A stretch of 63,447 nt of DNA, filler included, from Choristocarpus tenellus KU-1152 (lineage: Eukaryota > Protista > Phaeophyceae): the NCBI GenBank assembly GCA_964200185.2. It is 9 parts of 9 records of this genome, joined end to end, with 100 filler letters (N's around TTAATTAATTAA, not from the genome) between each part and the next. Parts side by side here need not be neighbours in the genome. Positions count along the whole stretch, not along the records: positions 20,177 to 27,932 come from CAXNAD020005635.1; positions 28,033 to 33,284 come from CAXNAD020011348.1; positions 33,385 to 36,838 come from CAXNAD020019930.1; 6 more parts are not named here. One strand, given 5' to 3'. Position 1 is the first letter of the stretch. Every line of letters starts with the position of its first letter. This document shows, piece after piece, positions 25,276-36,130 of the stretch. Both the position numbers and the translations under genes were made by a program. The notes under the pieces were generated by a model. It did not search any database. It saw nothing but the letters and a program-made list of their open reading frames with translations, and was not told the origin of the DNA.

Positions 25276-26870
25276 TGAATGGAGCACCCATTATATGGAA
25301 ATCAAAGCTGCAAGGAGCTGCAACCACATCTTCCTCAGAAGCAGAATGGATAGCAATGGTACATGGAATGAGACATGCGGTATTTCTCAGAAGAATCCTG
25401 GGGGAGCTGGACATATCTCAAGGGGTTACGACTTGGTATGGGGAAAAATGAGGAGCAATCCAAGCAGGGACAACTGAGGGGTTCAATGGAAGAACGAGGC
25501 ATGCAGACATAAAGATGAAATGCACAAGGGAGTATGTAAGCCAAGGTATTTTTAGAATGAGGTATATTTGTTGATAAGATGAATGTCGTTTGTGGGAGTT
25601 GGAGAAATCAGTGTTCTTTTTCTTCCACTCTCATGGGGAAGTATGCAAAATAGGACAATCGTGAGGTGTACCCTATTCTGTGTATGGGAGGTTATGGCAT
25701 TGGATTGAGTCCATGGAATGCAACTAATGAGATAGCACATGCGGATCATGTATGGGGTTTGGTATTGCAATTAAACTACTCTGACATAGCCGAAGACTTG
25801 TGTATGAGACACAAGATAAAAATAAAGAAACAAGCAACAAGAAGACACCCCACAAGGTGACTCTTGTAATTTCATCCACCCATTCTTTTTCACGTTCAGC
25901 GAAGGGGGTCGTGTGAGGCTCCACATCTTCTGGTCTTTACTACTGATCAAATCGCAATACTTTCCAAGCTTAGTTGTACATCCTCTTGGGCACTCCCATT
26001 TCCGATTCTGGTTGCAACGAGGATCACCTCGTACCTTCTATTCTTCCCCTTGTTAAGTGTACATATCACTACTTCCAAAGTATCATCCCTCTCCCTTTCT
26101 TAACGCCATGCATCATGTCATCAGATCTTTGAGGCAACTTATTTTCAGAGTCGTAATATAATGGTGCACATCTTGTGATGACGTTTGGAATCGGACCACC
26201 ATTTCGTCTATGTCTACGTCTACTATTCATACTTGCAGGACAGATATGCAGTGGTGCGACTTCCCAGTCCAATCAACTAGTCGATCAAGCACTGCGTCAG
26301 TTTTATGGTCTCTCCTCCAATCGAGACTAGAAAAGCAAATCTCTGACACTCTTTTTTTCTACGTAGCGTTTTTCGTTTCGTGAATTTTGGTCAAACCCCT
26401 GCACTTCAATGTCATCTCCGGATTGATTTCTCCCATCTCCTCTTCTCCCGTCGTACATACATCAAGCTCTACGCAGTTCCCTTCTTCGGCGCAAATAACA
26501 GTCCACGCCTCCTTCATCGCCGGATAGATAGGTACAGAGTGGTCGCTGAGAGTGCTCCTTACGAACAAGAAGACCTAATAGTGTCACTGCATATTGATGC
26601 TTCGATTACGACCTCGAATGGGTCGAGCTGTCATTACTGCTTTCCACCTGTGGCTTGGTGTTTCTGTGAGGAAGTTGAATTTGTAAAGCGTGCATGATGC
26701 ACTTCGAGAAGCTTGATTCCGTCCCAAACCAGGTCACACCTCGATTTCTGCTCTACCGTTGAGCAGTGTTGCCTCTCCTCTGCTACTACTACATACTGCC
26801 GGACTTCACTTTCTTACCTCCCCCCCCCTCCATTCTCAAAAACATACTCTGCATCTAACGTAAGGAGGAC

Positions 26871-26979
26871 TGTGCAAATTACCTTGGGAGGTAATGCTAT
26901 TTCTCAGTAGTGAAGATAAGAGAGTGTGAAGCCTCACACGACCCCCCTTTTACACCTCACTATTGTCCTATTTTGCACA
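26871..26979 (-). repeat. Internally deleted mini-LTR (109 bp), inverted relative to the LTR at 27109
   Basis: Reverse complement is the first ~29 nt of the LTR (TGTGCAAAATAGGACAATAGTGAGGTGTA) joined directly to its last ~80 nt (AAAGGGGGTCGTGTGAGG...TTTGCACA). Confidence 0.85.
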
Positions 26980-27108
26980 AGTGCTACACCACAGCCAGCA
27001 CCCTCACAGCGACGATACCAAATTTGATGCGTTTCCTTGGGAATCAAGCATTATGAGGACGCCGCTAAAGGCCCTACTCTCTTTCGCCAAGTCCAAGGTG
27101 GCGAAGAT

Positions 27109-27932
27109 TGTGCAAAATAGGAAAATAGTGAGGTGTACCTTTTGTGTATATGAGATTGTTGTGTTGAATTGAGTCCATGTGATGTAACTAATAAAATAGT
27201 ACATCCAGAGTATGTATGGAATTATGTATTGGTATTTATTCTGCATTCCACTAACTTTGACATGACCGTTGACTCAGATAGGAAGCACAAATAAATAATA
27301 AACAAGCAATTAGAAGATACATACAACACAAAGATCACTCTTCTAAATTTCAACCATCCATTCCTTTTTTCACGTTCAGCAAAGGGGGTCGTGTGAGGCT
27401 TCACATCTTCTTATCTTCACTACTGAGAAATAGCATTACCTCCCAAGGTAATTTGCACAGGTTATGAGCCTAAGTAGTATGGAGACTGACCTGAAGAAAC
27501 TTGCTGTCTCGACAGGGTTGACAGGAAGATCATTGGAAACCTGGTCAACTTGGAGATTGTCACTGATAGCCTACGCTGGTGGAAAGGGCTTGTACGAGAT
27601 TACAACAAGGGACTACGAGATTCCCGAAACACCCTCCACCATCTCGGTAGAGGCAGTGCGTACGGCACATGCCACACACTCCAAGAATAACAAGGCATTG
27701 TAGTTCCTCCTTCTGCAAACAATGAAAGGATCAGCATCAACAATCGTCGCCAAGTACGAAAATGGAGGTCAACCAGACGGCAGAAGAGCTTGGTTGGAAC
27801 TAGAATGAGTCTACGGTGGACGCGCGGAGGACGAAATCCCCGTACAAGTCATCACGTTGGAGGCAAAACTCCGCGAATTACGGTGCACAGCGTCTCAGGA
27901 CAGCACCGATTTTGTCGTCAAACTCGAACGAC
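27109..27932 (+). mobile_element. 5' end of a copia element (second family): LTR 27109-27459, PBS 27460-27470, gag from 27464; cut by contig end
   Basis: TG...CA LTR homologous to those at 23453 and 25642; PBS GGTTATGAGCC; gag MSLSSMETDLKK..WSTWRLSL..DGRRAWLEL..LEAKLREL..DFVVKLER with two stops. Confidence 0.9.
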
Positions 27933-28774
27933 NNNNNNNNNNNNNNNNNNNNNNNNNNNNNNNNNNNNNNNNNNNNTTAATTAATTAANNNNNNNNNNNN
28001 NNNNNNNNNNNNNNNNNNNNNNNNNNNNNNNNTTTTTCCGTCCCCGTTTGTTGTGACCTCCCCCCTTCCCCCCCCCCCCCCCACACGCTCCTTTTCTTAA
28101 CTATAGGTAGGTTGGGTTCCTCTTGCCCTAGTGCGACTCTGTTTTTGTGTTAAGCTTTCTTGATGCATAGGAAAGGGTATGACTTCTTTTGTCACTGTTC
28201 ACAACACGCCTACAGTGCTATTGTTTGTTGAATGTGCCATTCAAGATGTAAGATGGGTGTACATTGTAGGTATGTGCCATTCAAGCAAGTCAGAGAGCTA
28301 ATCCCCATTTTTATAGCGTAGTGAGAGAGTTTAGTTCTCTCCTTGGTTGGGTGAGCGCTCTCCTTTCCTCTCTTCCCTATGTTGATAGTTGTGGACAGTT
28401 TTGAGAAAGAAACAACCCTAAGCTCGTAGCTCTTGCCTGTTGGTACGGAGTAGTTATGATAGATACAGATGACCCCCCCCTGTCAGAAATGTTTGCAAGT
28501 AATATATAGTCCTCTTTGGTACTTGCTTGAATTGTGACTTGACCATCTGTAGTGGATAGTGGATGGGTTTGCCTCATCTGTACTCGAGGGTTTTTTGCAC
28601 ATAAGAAAACTTCCCCCCCCTTTAGAATACTTCCCCCCCCCCTCCAGGTACTTTGGGTTGGAAGTAATTCCTCCCCAGCCTGTTGTGTGCAACTCTTACG
28701 TACAACCTGAATCCCAGTATGTGTGTGTGTGTCTGTATGTTGTGTGATCCAATTATGTTTTACTTTATTTTTTT

Positions 28775-28870
28775 TACTTCAGTTGACGCTTCCACTAATA
28801 TTATTCTACTTCAGTTGACTCTTCCACTAATATTATTCTACTCCATTTGACACTTCCACTAATATTATTC
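28775..28870. repeat. 32-bp tandem repeat, 3 copies, at the 3' end of a leuC intron
   Basis: TACTTCAGTTGACNCTTCCACTAATATTATTC three times (third copy slightly diverged). Confidence 0.9.
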
Positions 28871-28879
28871 TTGGAGCAG

Positions 28880-29759
28880 GTACGAGTGCCGACCTTTTTG
28901 GTTCCTGCCACACAGAAGGTGTACAATGACATCCAGACACTTAAGGTAGGTGCCCTAGTACTTTAGGTACTCCTTGGCGTGTGTATTTTGATGTTGTGTT
29001 GAGCTGTAGGTGATCCTGTGTGTATGTCATTGTACCAATGGTGTGTGTTAGCGGTGATGCAAAGGAGTGTAAAGGTTTTTGTATTGCGCTTCAGGCATTA
29101 TTGCCCGTTGTGTTTTGCTGGAGTCGGCGAGATGAGTGAGGGAGTTGATACACTGATGAGTAGAGCAATGCCGATATTTCTTCCTTGAGCTGAAGTGTGC
29201 ATCTAATAGCTCCGGCACATGTGTCAGTCTGTTGAATTTTGTGTTAGGGTTAGGGTTGCGTGATGAGCCCTTAATAAAAAGAAAGTGATGCAGTACTCAA
29301 GTACTCTGTAGTGGCAGATGACAAGAGACCAAACTGCTGCTACGCTGGGAGTTATTAAAAAAATAGTAGGGGGAAATAGCCGAGGGCTTCTTTTAGACAG
29401 TGGTGATACATATATTTTGGGGGGGGGCAGGGTAGTGACAGTTATTTGTAGGTTACATATCAATGTATTAAGGTTTCCTGAATGTGCATTTATTTGTTAT
29501 CAGTTTGTGCATGCATTGATGCATACCACCAGTGTTTTTTGATTGGTATCTATCACAGCTGGGGGAGGTATTGATGTCCACTCTGTGTTGTTTTCCCCCA
29601 TTGGACATCAAAACAAGACACAAGTCAGATAAGTGTCGTAATGCCTCGATTTTCTTGGTTGTGTGTTTGTTGGTAGGGTGGGGTGTCTCAAAACTATTTG
29701 AAAGTGCTCACGAGAGCCCCATGGATGATCCCATGCATGATACCTCATCAGTGGGCATC

Positions 29760-29797
<38 letters not shown>

Positions 29798-30790
29798 CTC
29801 TTTATACTTTTTGACATTGACCTACGCACCCCCTTGCCCTGGGCATTCCCCCATTATCTAGATTGGAGGACGGACCATGGCTGCAATCTTCCGTGAAGCT
29901 GGATGTCTAGAGCCAGCCTCACCTTCCTGTGCGGCGTGTTTGGGTGGGCCTGCAGACACATACGCCCGCATGAATGAACCTTTCCAGTGTGTATCCACTA
30001 CCAACAGGAACTTCCCTGGGCGGATGGGACATAAGGTTTGTTCCTGAGTATTTGGTATTGGTTCCATTGCTTGCCATGATTTTGCTAATACCCTCTTTTT
30101 TTCCCATCACTGACTTTTTGGAATAAGCAAAAAAATATATATATATTTTTCAATTCCTGCTTTTATCTAATCCATATATATATATATATATGATTATACA
30201 TGATCACAAGTTTGATCTTTTGTTGTGTCCTACGGAAGTTGATTCTGTACGAGATCCTTTCCGGATTCAAAATAACCTCCATGTTTGAATTTCACAATTG
30301 TGTGGTTTGAGCGTCTTTGTCCTAACATAGCAACTGGAACCCACTCTTCCAACATTTCCCATCAAGTTCTGCGTGGAATCAAGGCTATATTATTTTTGGG
30401 TGGCACTTCACTACACTTCCGTAGTATCTTGTCAACATGAAATAATTGCAGGCAGTGGATGATGATCCACTAGCCATCATCAAGTGTACCCATACCCTTG
30501 CAGCATGTGGGCATAAACTCACAGCTCCCTCTCTGGGTTTTGCCCATTTTTCTTCGTATCATATTAATATATTTACATAGTATAGATCATATTCTGCTTG
30601 TGTCTCTAATTGTTGCCTTCAACTTCCCTTCCCACTGTTGCCTGTTTCCAAGGATGCTGGCATCTACCTAGCATCCCCCTATACTGCTGCCGCCTCAGCT
30701 GTTACTGGATTTGTCACAGATCCTCGAGAGGTCTTTGATTTTGACAAGAGCAAGCGCTGGGCAGTGGAGGATATCATTGAGAGTGACTGA
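28880..30790 (+). CDS. leuC: 3-isopropylmalate dehydratase large subunit (plant/algal type), last three exons: 28880-28945, 29862-30035, 30653-30790
   Basis: Spliced GT-AG translation VRVPTFLVPATQKV..|..EAGC..PASPSCAACLGGPADTYARMNEP..CVSTTNRNFPGRMGHK|DAGIYLASPYTAAASAVTG..DPRE..*; aconitase-family CxxC and STTNRNF motifs. Confidence 0.95.
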
Positions 30791-31259
30791 GTGTGTGACT
30801 GATTTACATTACCTCCTATGCTCGCCATTAGTGAGCTTGTTGCACTAGAGAGTTGATGTTATTTAGTCACGCCATACAACATGTGAAGGGAGGTAGAAAA
30901 TATTTTGTATGGCAGTTCATGTCACCACACACAGTCCATTGTATTGTGTTGCTCGGAAATATTGAAGGGGTTACATCTCGGTGTAAGCAACGAATTTTAT
31001 TTTTTAATGTTAGCATTTTGATAGCTCTGCTGAAATGCACCGTATCTAAGTAGTCGAGAACGACACTTCTTTGGTGATTGTACAATCGGACAGGTTAAGA
31101 GATATTCCATCGAGCAAGGTCACATGCCCGCTATCCTAAATGAATCTAGATGGGGCTTTGTGCATCCACTTCTATTGATCAACATTGTGCCCCACAAATA
31201 GGATTAGGATGGCACAACCTCAAACTCGACTTATATGGCACTAGAGGTAGTGTATGCCT

Positions 31260-31566
31260 GAGTGAAGGTATTCAGGTGGTTACGGCCACATAGCCAAAAC
31301 TTCCTTGCATAACGCTCTGCATATACAGGGCGCAGCTGATTAAGGGTAGTAGATCTATGGTGGTACATGACACATACACACACACCACTAGTTTCAAGTA
31401 GTGCAAGTTCGGCTAACAGATTAAAAGTACCACAAAATTCCGAAAAGGCAACAGGAGTTCGCATGTTTTGGAGCACGTGTTGGAATCGGGTGATAAATGT
31501 GCCTGTTACCAACAGCACCCCAGGTCAAAAACGGACGCCGGCACCCCCTCCCAGATACTTCGACCC
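31260..31566. mobile_element. Putative MITE of the same terminal class
   Basis: Left GAGTGAAGGTATTC; right AAAACGGACGCC..CCAGATACTTCGACCC, similar to the end at 48271-48312; TSD unclear. Confidence 0.5.
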
Positions 31567-32422
31567 CCCAACTTTTGTCTGATGTCGTTCACCTCTCACA
31601 ATAAGTGATCGTCAGTTAGTCACTGTTCCACAGAAAACGACGGAAAAGGTGGAAGGTTCCTCCCACAACAGGGGGGGGTGGTTCACCCTCGAGGGATGGC
31701 TCCCTCGTGCACAGCTTTGGTGTGGTGTGTATCTTCTTACCTCCCTGTAATATATTGTGATGACTATATATTGTTGTGGAAATGGTGTTTGTGATGACAA
31801 CGACTGATACGAAGAGTTTGGAGAATGTCAGGAACTAGTGCTTGTGACGATGCTCTTCATTGGTGGTTCATTCTGTCATGGTCCCAGATAATACAGGCCC
31901 ATATAGTATCCTAAAGTGTGGGGGCTTTAGGGTTAGGGTTAGCCCAGGTCGTTCATTCCCGGCTTGATGGGGTGTAGTAAAACGCCCCAGTTTGGTACCC
32001 CCATTTTGCGGGTGGTTTTCCGTCGGATTCTGTCGAGGCAAGGAGGGGGTAGAAGAGGGTGCTTCAAGATGAAGGAAATTGCCCTGATATCTGAGATGTT
32101 CACTCAAATGGCATAAAAAAGCAATACAGGTCCTCGAAGGCCCCAAATGGGTGCCTGACCCCACCAACCAGGACACTATGGGTCACATAACCAGAGTTCA
32201 TTTGGATACTACCGACATCTCTTATTTTTTGTTTTGTAGTAGGTGGCAATAATAGTGTGAAAGTTGGTTACATCATCACATGAGTTAGAAAGAGGAGGAT
32301 GGTTGTGTGGATTAATATGATGCAGTATGTAGGTTATGTGTGACATGAACATTGTGCGATTACATTTTTACATAGTTCATTTATGTATTAAAAAATACAC
32401 AACTGATAGTAGGACTTTTAAA

Positions 32423-32684
32423 GAGCCAAAGTACCTTAGAGGGTATAGCTGCGTCCATTGGGGGCCAAAATCCAATGTTGCAATTTTGATGTAATTTTGG
32501 CTATCCTGATTGTTAGGAAGTGTCAATATCCTTGTTCCGGACACATATTTTCGTAACATACACATTTTACCTACTGCAAAACAGTTTTGCAGTAGGTAAA
32601 ATGTCATTTTAAAAAAACCGTGGGAAGCCAAGCCCCAAATGGATAAACAGGGAAAAACTCGTATCCTCTACGATACTTTCACTC
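32423..32684. mobile_element. MITE family A, copy 3
   Basis: Termini GAGCCAAAGTACC / GATACTTTCACTC; TSD AAA. Confidence 0.85.
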
Positions 32685-33414
32685 AAAATATATATTGCTT
32701 GATTAGTGGCATCTACAAAGTGATCTGTATAAAGCATCAGGTCAACCTTCTGTGCCAAACGAAATATATTTGTAACATATTACTTGGTGAGAGTCAAACC
32801 AATTGAGAGTTACGCAGGGTTGCATTCTGAGGACCCCTAGAAAGGACAAAAAGAGATCATTTTGTCGAATTGCGGAAGGAGCCTTCGCTGAATTTTGTTG
32901 CCACTTTGTATGTTGAAAGGGAGACTTATCAATTTTTTCAAGCACTATTGTGCAAATGAAGGAACTAAACAGAGTTTATTGCACAGGGTGAGAAAGGTGG
33001 CTAAGAGTGCCGAAGGGTCCTAACCAGCCTACCTCTCGATTGATTTGGCTCTCAGCTGTCTGCGGACATTTGGCAATGATGAATAATACTCTTAGAACTG
33101 ACAATGAACGAATGAATGATGATACATGTATTATATGTTTGTCATATATATATATATATGCCTACAATATTAATACTAAATGACATATACTAAGGATAAG
33201 AAAGACGCGTGAAGGAGATTACACGTAGGAGTACAAATACTACTACTACTAGGACTACTAGATTATTCGGGGGATAGATCTGGGNNNNNNNNNNNNNNNN
33301 NNNNNNNNNNNNNNNNNNNNNNNNNNNNTTAATTAATTAANNNNNNNNNNNNNNNNNNNNNNNNNNNNNNNNNNNNNNNNNNNNTTTACACAAAAAAAAA
33401 AAAAAAAAAAAACC

Positions 33415-33455
<41 letters not shown>

Positions 33456-36049
33456 ACACACACACATTATCTGGGGAAATCAAGTCACAAGAAAAAAAAA
33501 ACAATGTTAATAACAACGGCATCAAGAATTACACCACGAACATGGCTTCAACCGGAACTTTGTAACACAAAACACTAGATTACACGCCAACACACCCAAA
33601 TACTCTTCTACCATGATTCCCCAGGCATAGATAGACCGAGGTAGGCGAAACTGTAGAAAACAGTTTTTGGTTCCCTTCCCACAATTCCGCAAACTACCTC
33701 ACCCCAATGCTCATAAGCGGAAAAAAAATAAAAAAAACGTTTGTTGCTGCTTCTGCGAGATGCAAAGAGACCCCGCATTTTGAAAGGTCTCACCTATCCT
33801 GGACAAAAAAAAGTAAAATTAGACCCCCCACGAATATGGCACATTGCAATGCCCTAACGTTTCTATACAATTGATACATTCCATTGCTGTGACTGTCCCC
33901 AAGGCAACACCTATAGTGGTAAACCTGGACCATGCTCCTCAAATCACACAGGCAGAGGAAACACATCTCTTTTGACAGGTCTTCACAAGGTCTCACTCCC
34001 ACTCCCCCCTCTCCCCAGTCGTCACCTGTGGCCAACCCAAATCGTACATCAGAGCTTCTCATCCTCTCCGCCACTGTCCTAAAAGCCATGATATCCTACC
34101 ACGGAAATAAATAAACAGAGCATGGAGATGTCAGGTCAAGAATTTTCTGTGATTGTGGTTGCATGACTGCATGCAATCGTGCATTCACTCCAATCCACCT
34201 TGTCTCCATCCCATTGAAAACGAGAAACGCCTGACCTGTGATATCAAGTCCCTCAAAGAGTCACTTAGCAATATAACAAGGAGGACATACGGCGGCATAC
34301 ACATTCAGGGCAAGTCCCATGCAGGCCCACTCAACAAAAAAAAAAGTCGAACTCATCGCACACTGCTTTGCTGCAACACTGATGACAATCTCATCACTTT
34401 CATGGCACGCCAACAAAATCTTGTCAAAAACCCATCCTCCACAAAAGGTATTTCAGATCGTTTTCAACAACTGCAGTCCTGGTACAACATCAGTACCAGT
34501 AACATGGTACCGTCATAGGACCTCGGACTGTGCTCTTGGACCTGCGGCCTCTGAAAATACACAGCACAACTAGGACTACCACTGCAACTGCTACAACTTT
34601 ATTCCTGGGCTATGGAGTCTGCTACACAGTCCCTGCTCTAAGATCAATAGAAGGAACAGGCAGAAGACCACTCTTAGGGGCCAGGGGTGCAGCTATTGGT
34701 CAGAGCAGCATGTAGCAAACCTACTACATTGAAACAGTGTCACGCATTGAACTTGTGTGTCCTCAACACATATAGGGAGATGAGGGAGGGGGGGGGGGGG
34801 GCGGGGGAGGATACTCTATTCCTATAAAACTGTCTAGTACACAGGAAGAAGTAAACAACATATATCTAGAGTGCATGGTTGCAAAAGTCGATCATTATAT
34901 CAGTGTACTGCAAGTAACCATCACTGCCCTATCGAGAAAGTCCATGAGAGCATACCCCGGGTTTAATCATAAGCCCTAACCCTATCAACACGAATACTGA
35001 ATAGGGTATGAAGTCAAAAGCAAAAAAATATAGGGGTCTGGGTGTCTTTTGACCATTTTGAGTTCTAAAAAAAAAAGGGAGGGTTTTTCAACCTTGTTCT
35101 TCAAGACTAAGACGTCATAAAAAAAAGGTGTCAATAAAGGGATAGATAGATACCTCGCTTTCGAAAACAAAAAGTATTCAAAAAGCAGTCAAGAAATGCA
35201 CTCGACAGGTGTGGACTGAGTATTCAAAAAACATCCGCCACCGGAAAGTCAATGGACCACCAACTAAAACTCTGCGGCACCCCCCTCTCAGTTACTTTGG
35301 GTCATCGCCAAGACCTGCACACACCCCTTCTGATATTTGTTCAGCCTCTTCCTCATGCTAACCTCAACCCTAACCCTAAAATGTTACAACTTGGACTCAA
35401 AATGGGCTTAGTTACGTCAGTGCTGAGGAACTGCGCATGAACCCAATCTATATTCCAAGCTCTCACCACATCGTGCATCACATTGAGCTTAGACAGAAAC
35501 ATATAATGGAAGGTTTAGCACCCACTACTACGTACAGCCCATTCTCTCTGCTACAACATAGAAGTAATGTCGGGAAACATGTATCAAAATCAGATCAAAA
35601 TCATTGCCACCTGCGTGCTGTTTTTTCTTTTCTTTTCTTTTTATCAATTGGAGACTTCACGACAACGGAAGATAAACAACTGACCACACCACTGCAGCTA
35701 TACGAAAACCGCCACCGATGAAACGATTGGATCTAAAGCCAAAAAACATTTCCTTTTGAAGAGTAGAATGGTTGGGGAGTTTGATTATCCAATCAGTCTC
35801 TCGCCGCATTATATTACACCACAAAAGAAATAGATTTGCACACCCATTCAAGAGTGCAACGTGCGCACGCACTTTCCGATAAAATTCTGAGAACGTGATG
35901 ATGCAGCAGACAAAACATATTCTTAAAAATGTATATATATATATATATACATTGATGGTACCACTCCCGCTGATCGTAGCACTTTGAAAGTACTTCCAGC
36001 ACGCAAGGGTTAGGGTTCAATAACAGTGCATAGTGTTAGGGTATCTCAC

Positions 36050-36130
36050 CTCCCCATTATCGGGTTCCTTAAAGAAACCAATTACAGCCGGTGAAGCTTC
36101 ATCCTCGTATATAAAGTCCTCCACATCTTC
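36050..36130 (-). CDS. Isolated exon, possibly a thioredoxin-fold (PDI b-like) domain
   Basis: TTTTTTTCAG acceptor and GTGAG donor flank 81 nt encoding EDVEDFIYEDEASPAVIGFFKEPDNGE (cf. the PDI b-domain VIGFF motif). Confidence 0.45.

Larger units (their letters stand above)
23453..25980 (+). mobile_element. Internally deleted Ty1/copia element (second family) with both LTRs
   Basis: 5' LTR 23453-~23784, 3' LTR ~25642-25980 preceded by PPT GGGGAAG; perfect 5-bp TSD TCCTC; gag remnant ETWSTWRLLL; RT start EPSTTAEALAGPDAEHWQEAM; RNase H NGAPIIWKSKLQ..TSSSEAEW..RTRHADIK; most of IN and RT missing. Confidence 0.9.

Noticed and set aside
29152-29185. CTGATGAG as a hammerhead ribozyme core
   Set aside because: No stem II hairpin followed by GAAA
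31631-32032. 17-bp imperfect inverted repeat CAGAAAACGACGGAAAA / TTTTCCGTCGGATTCTG
   Set aside because: Short, no TSD found and no second copy in the window
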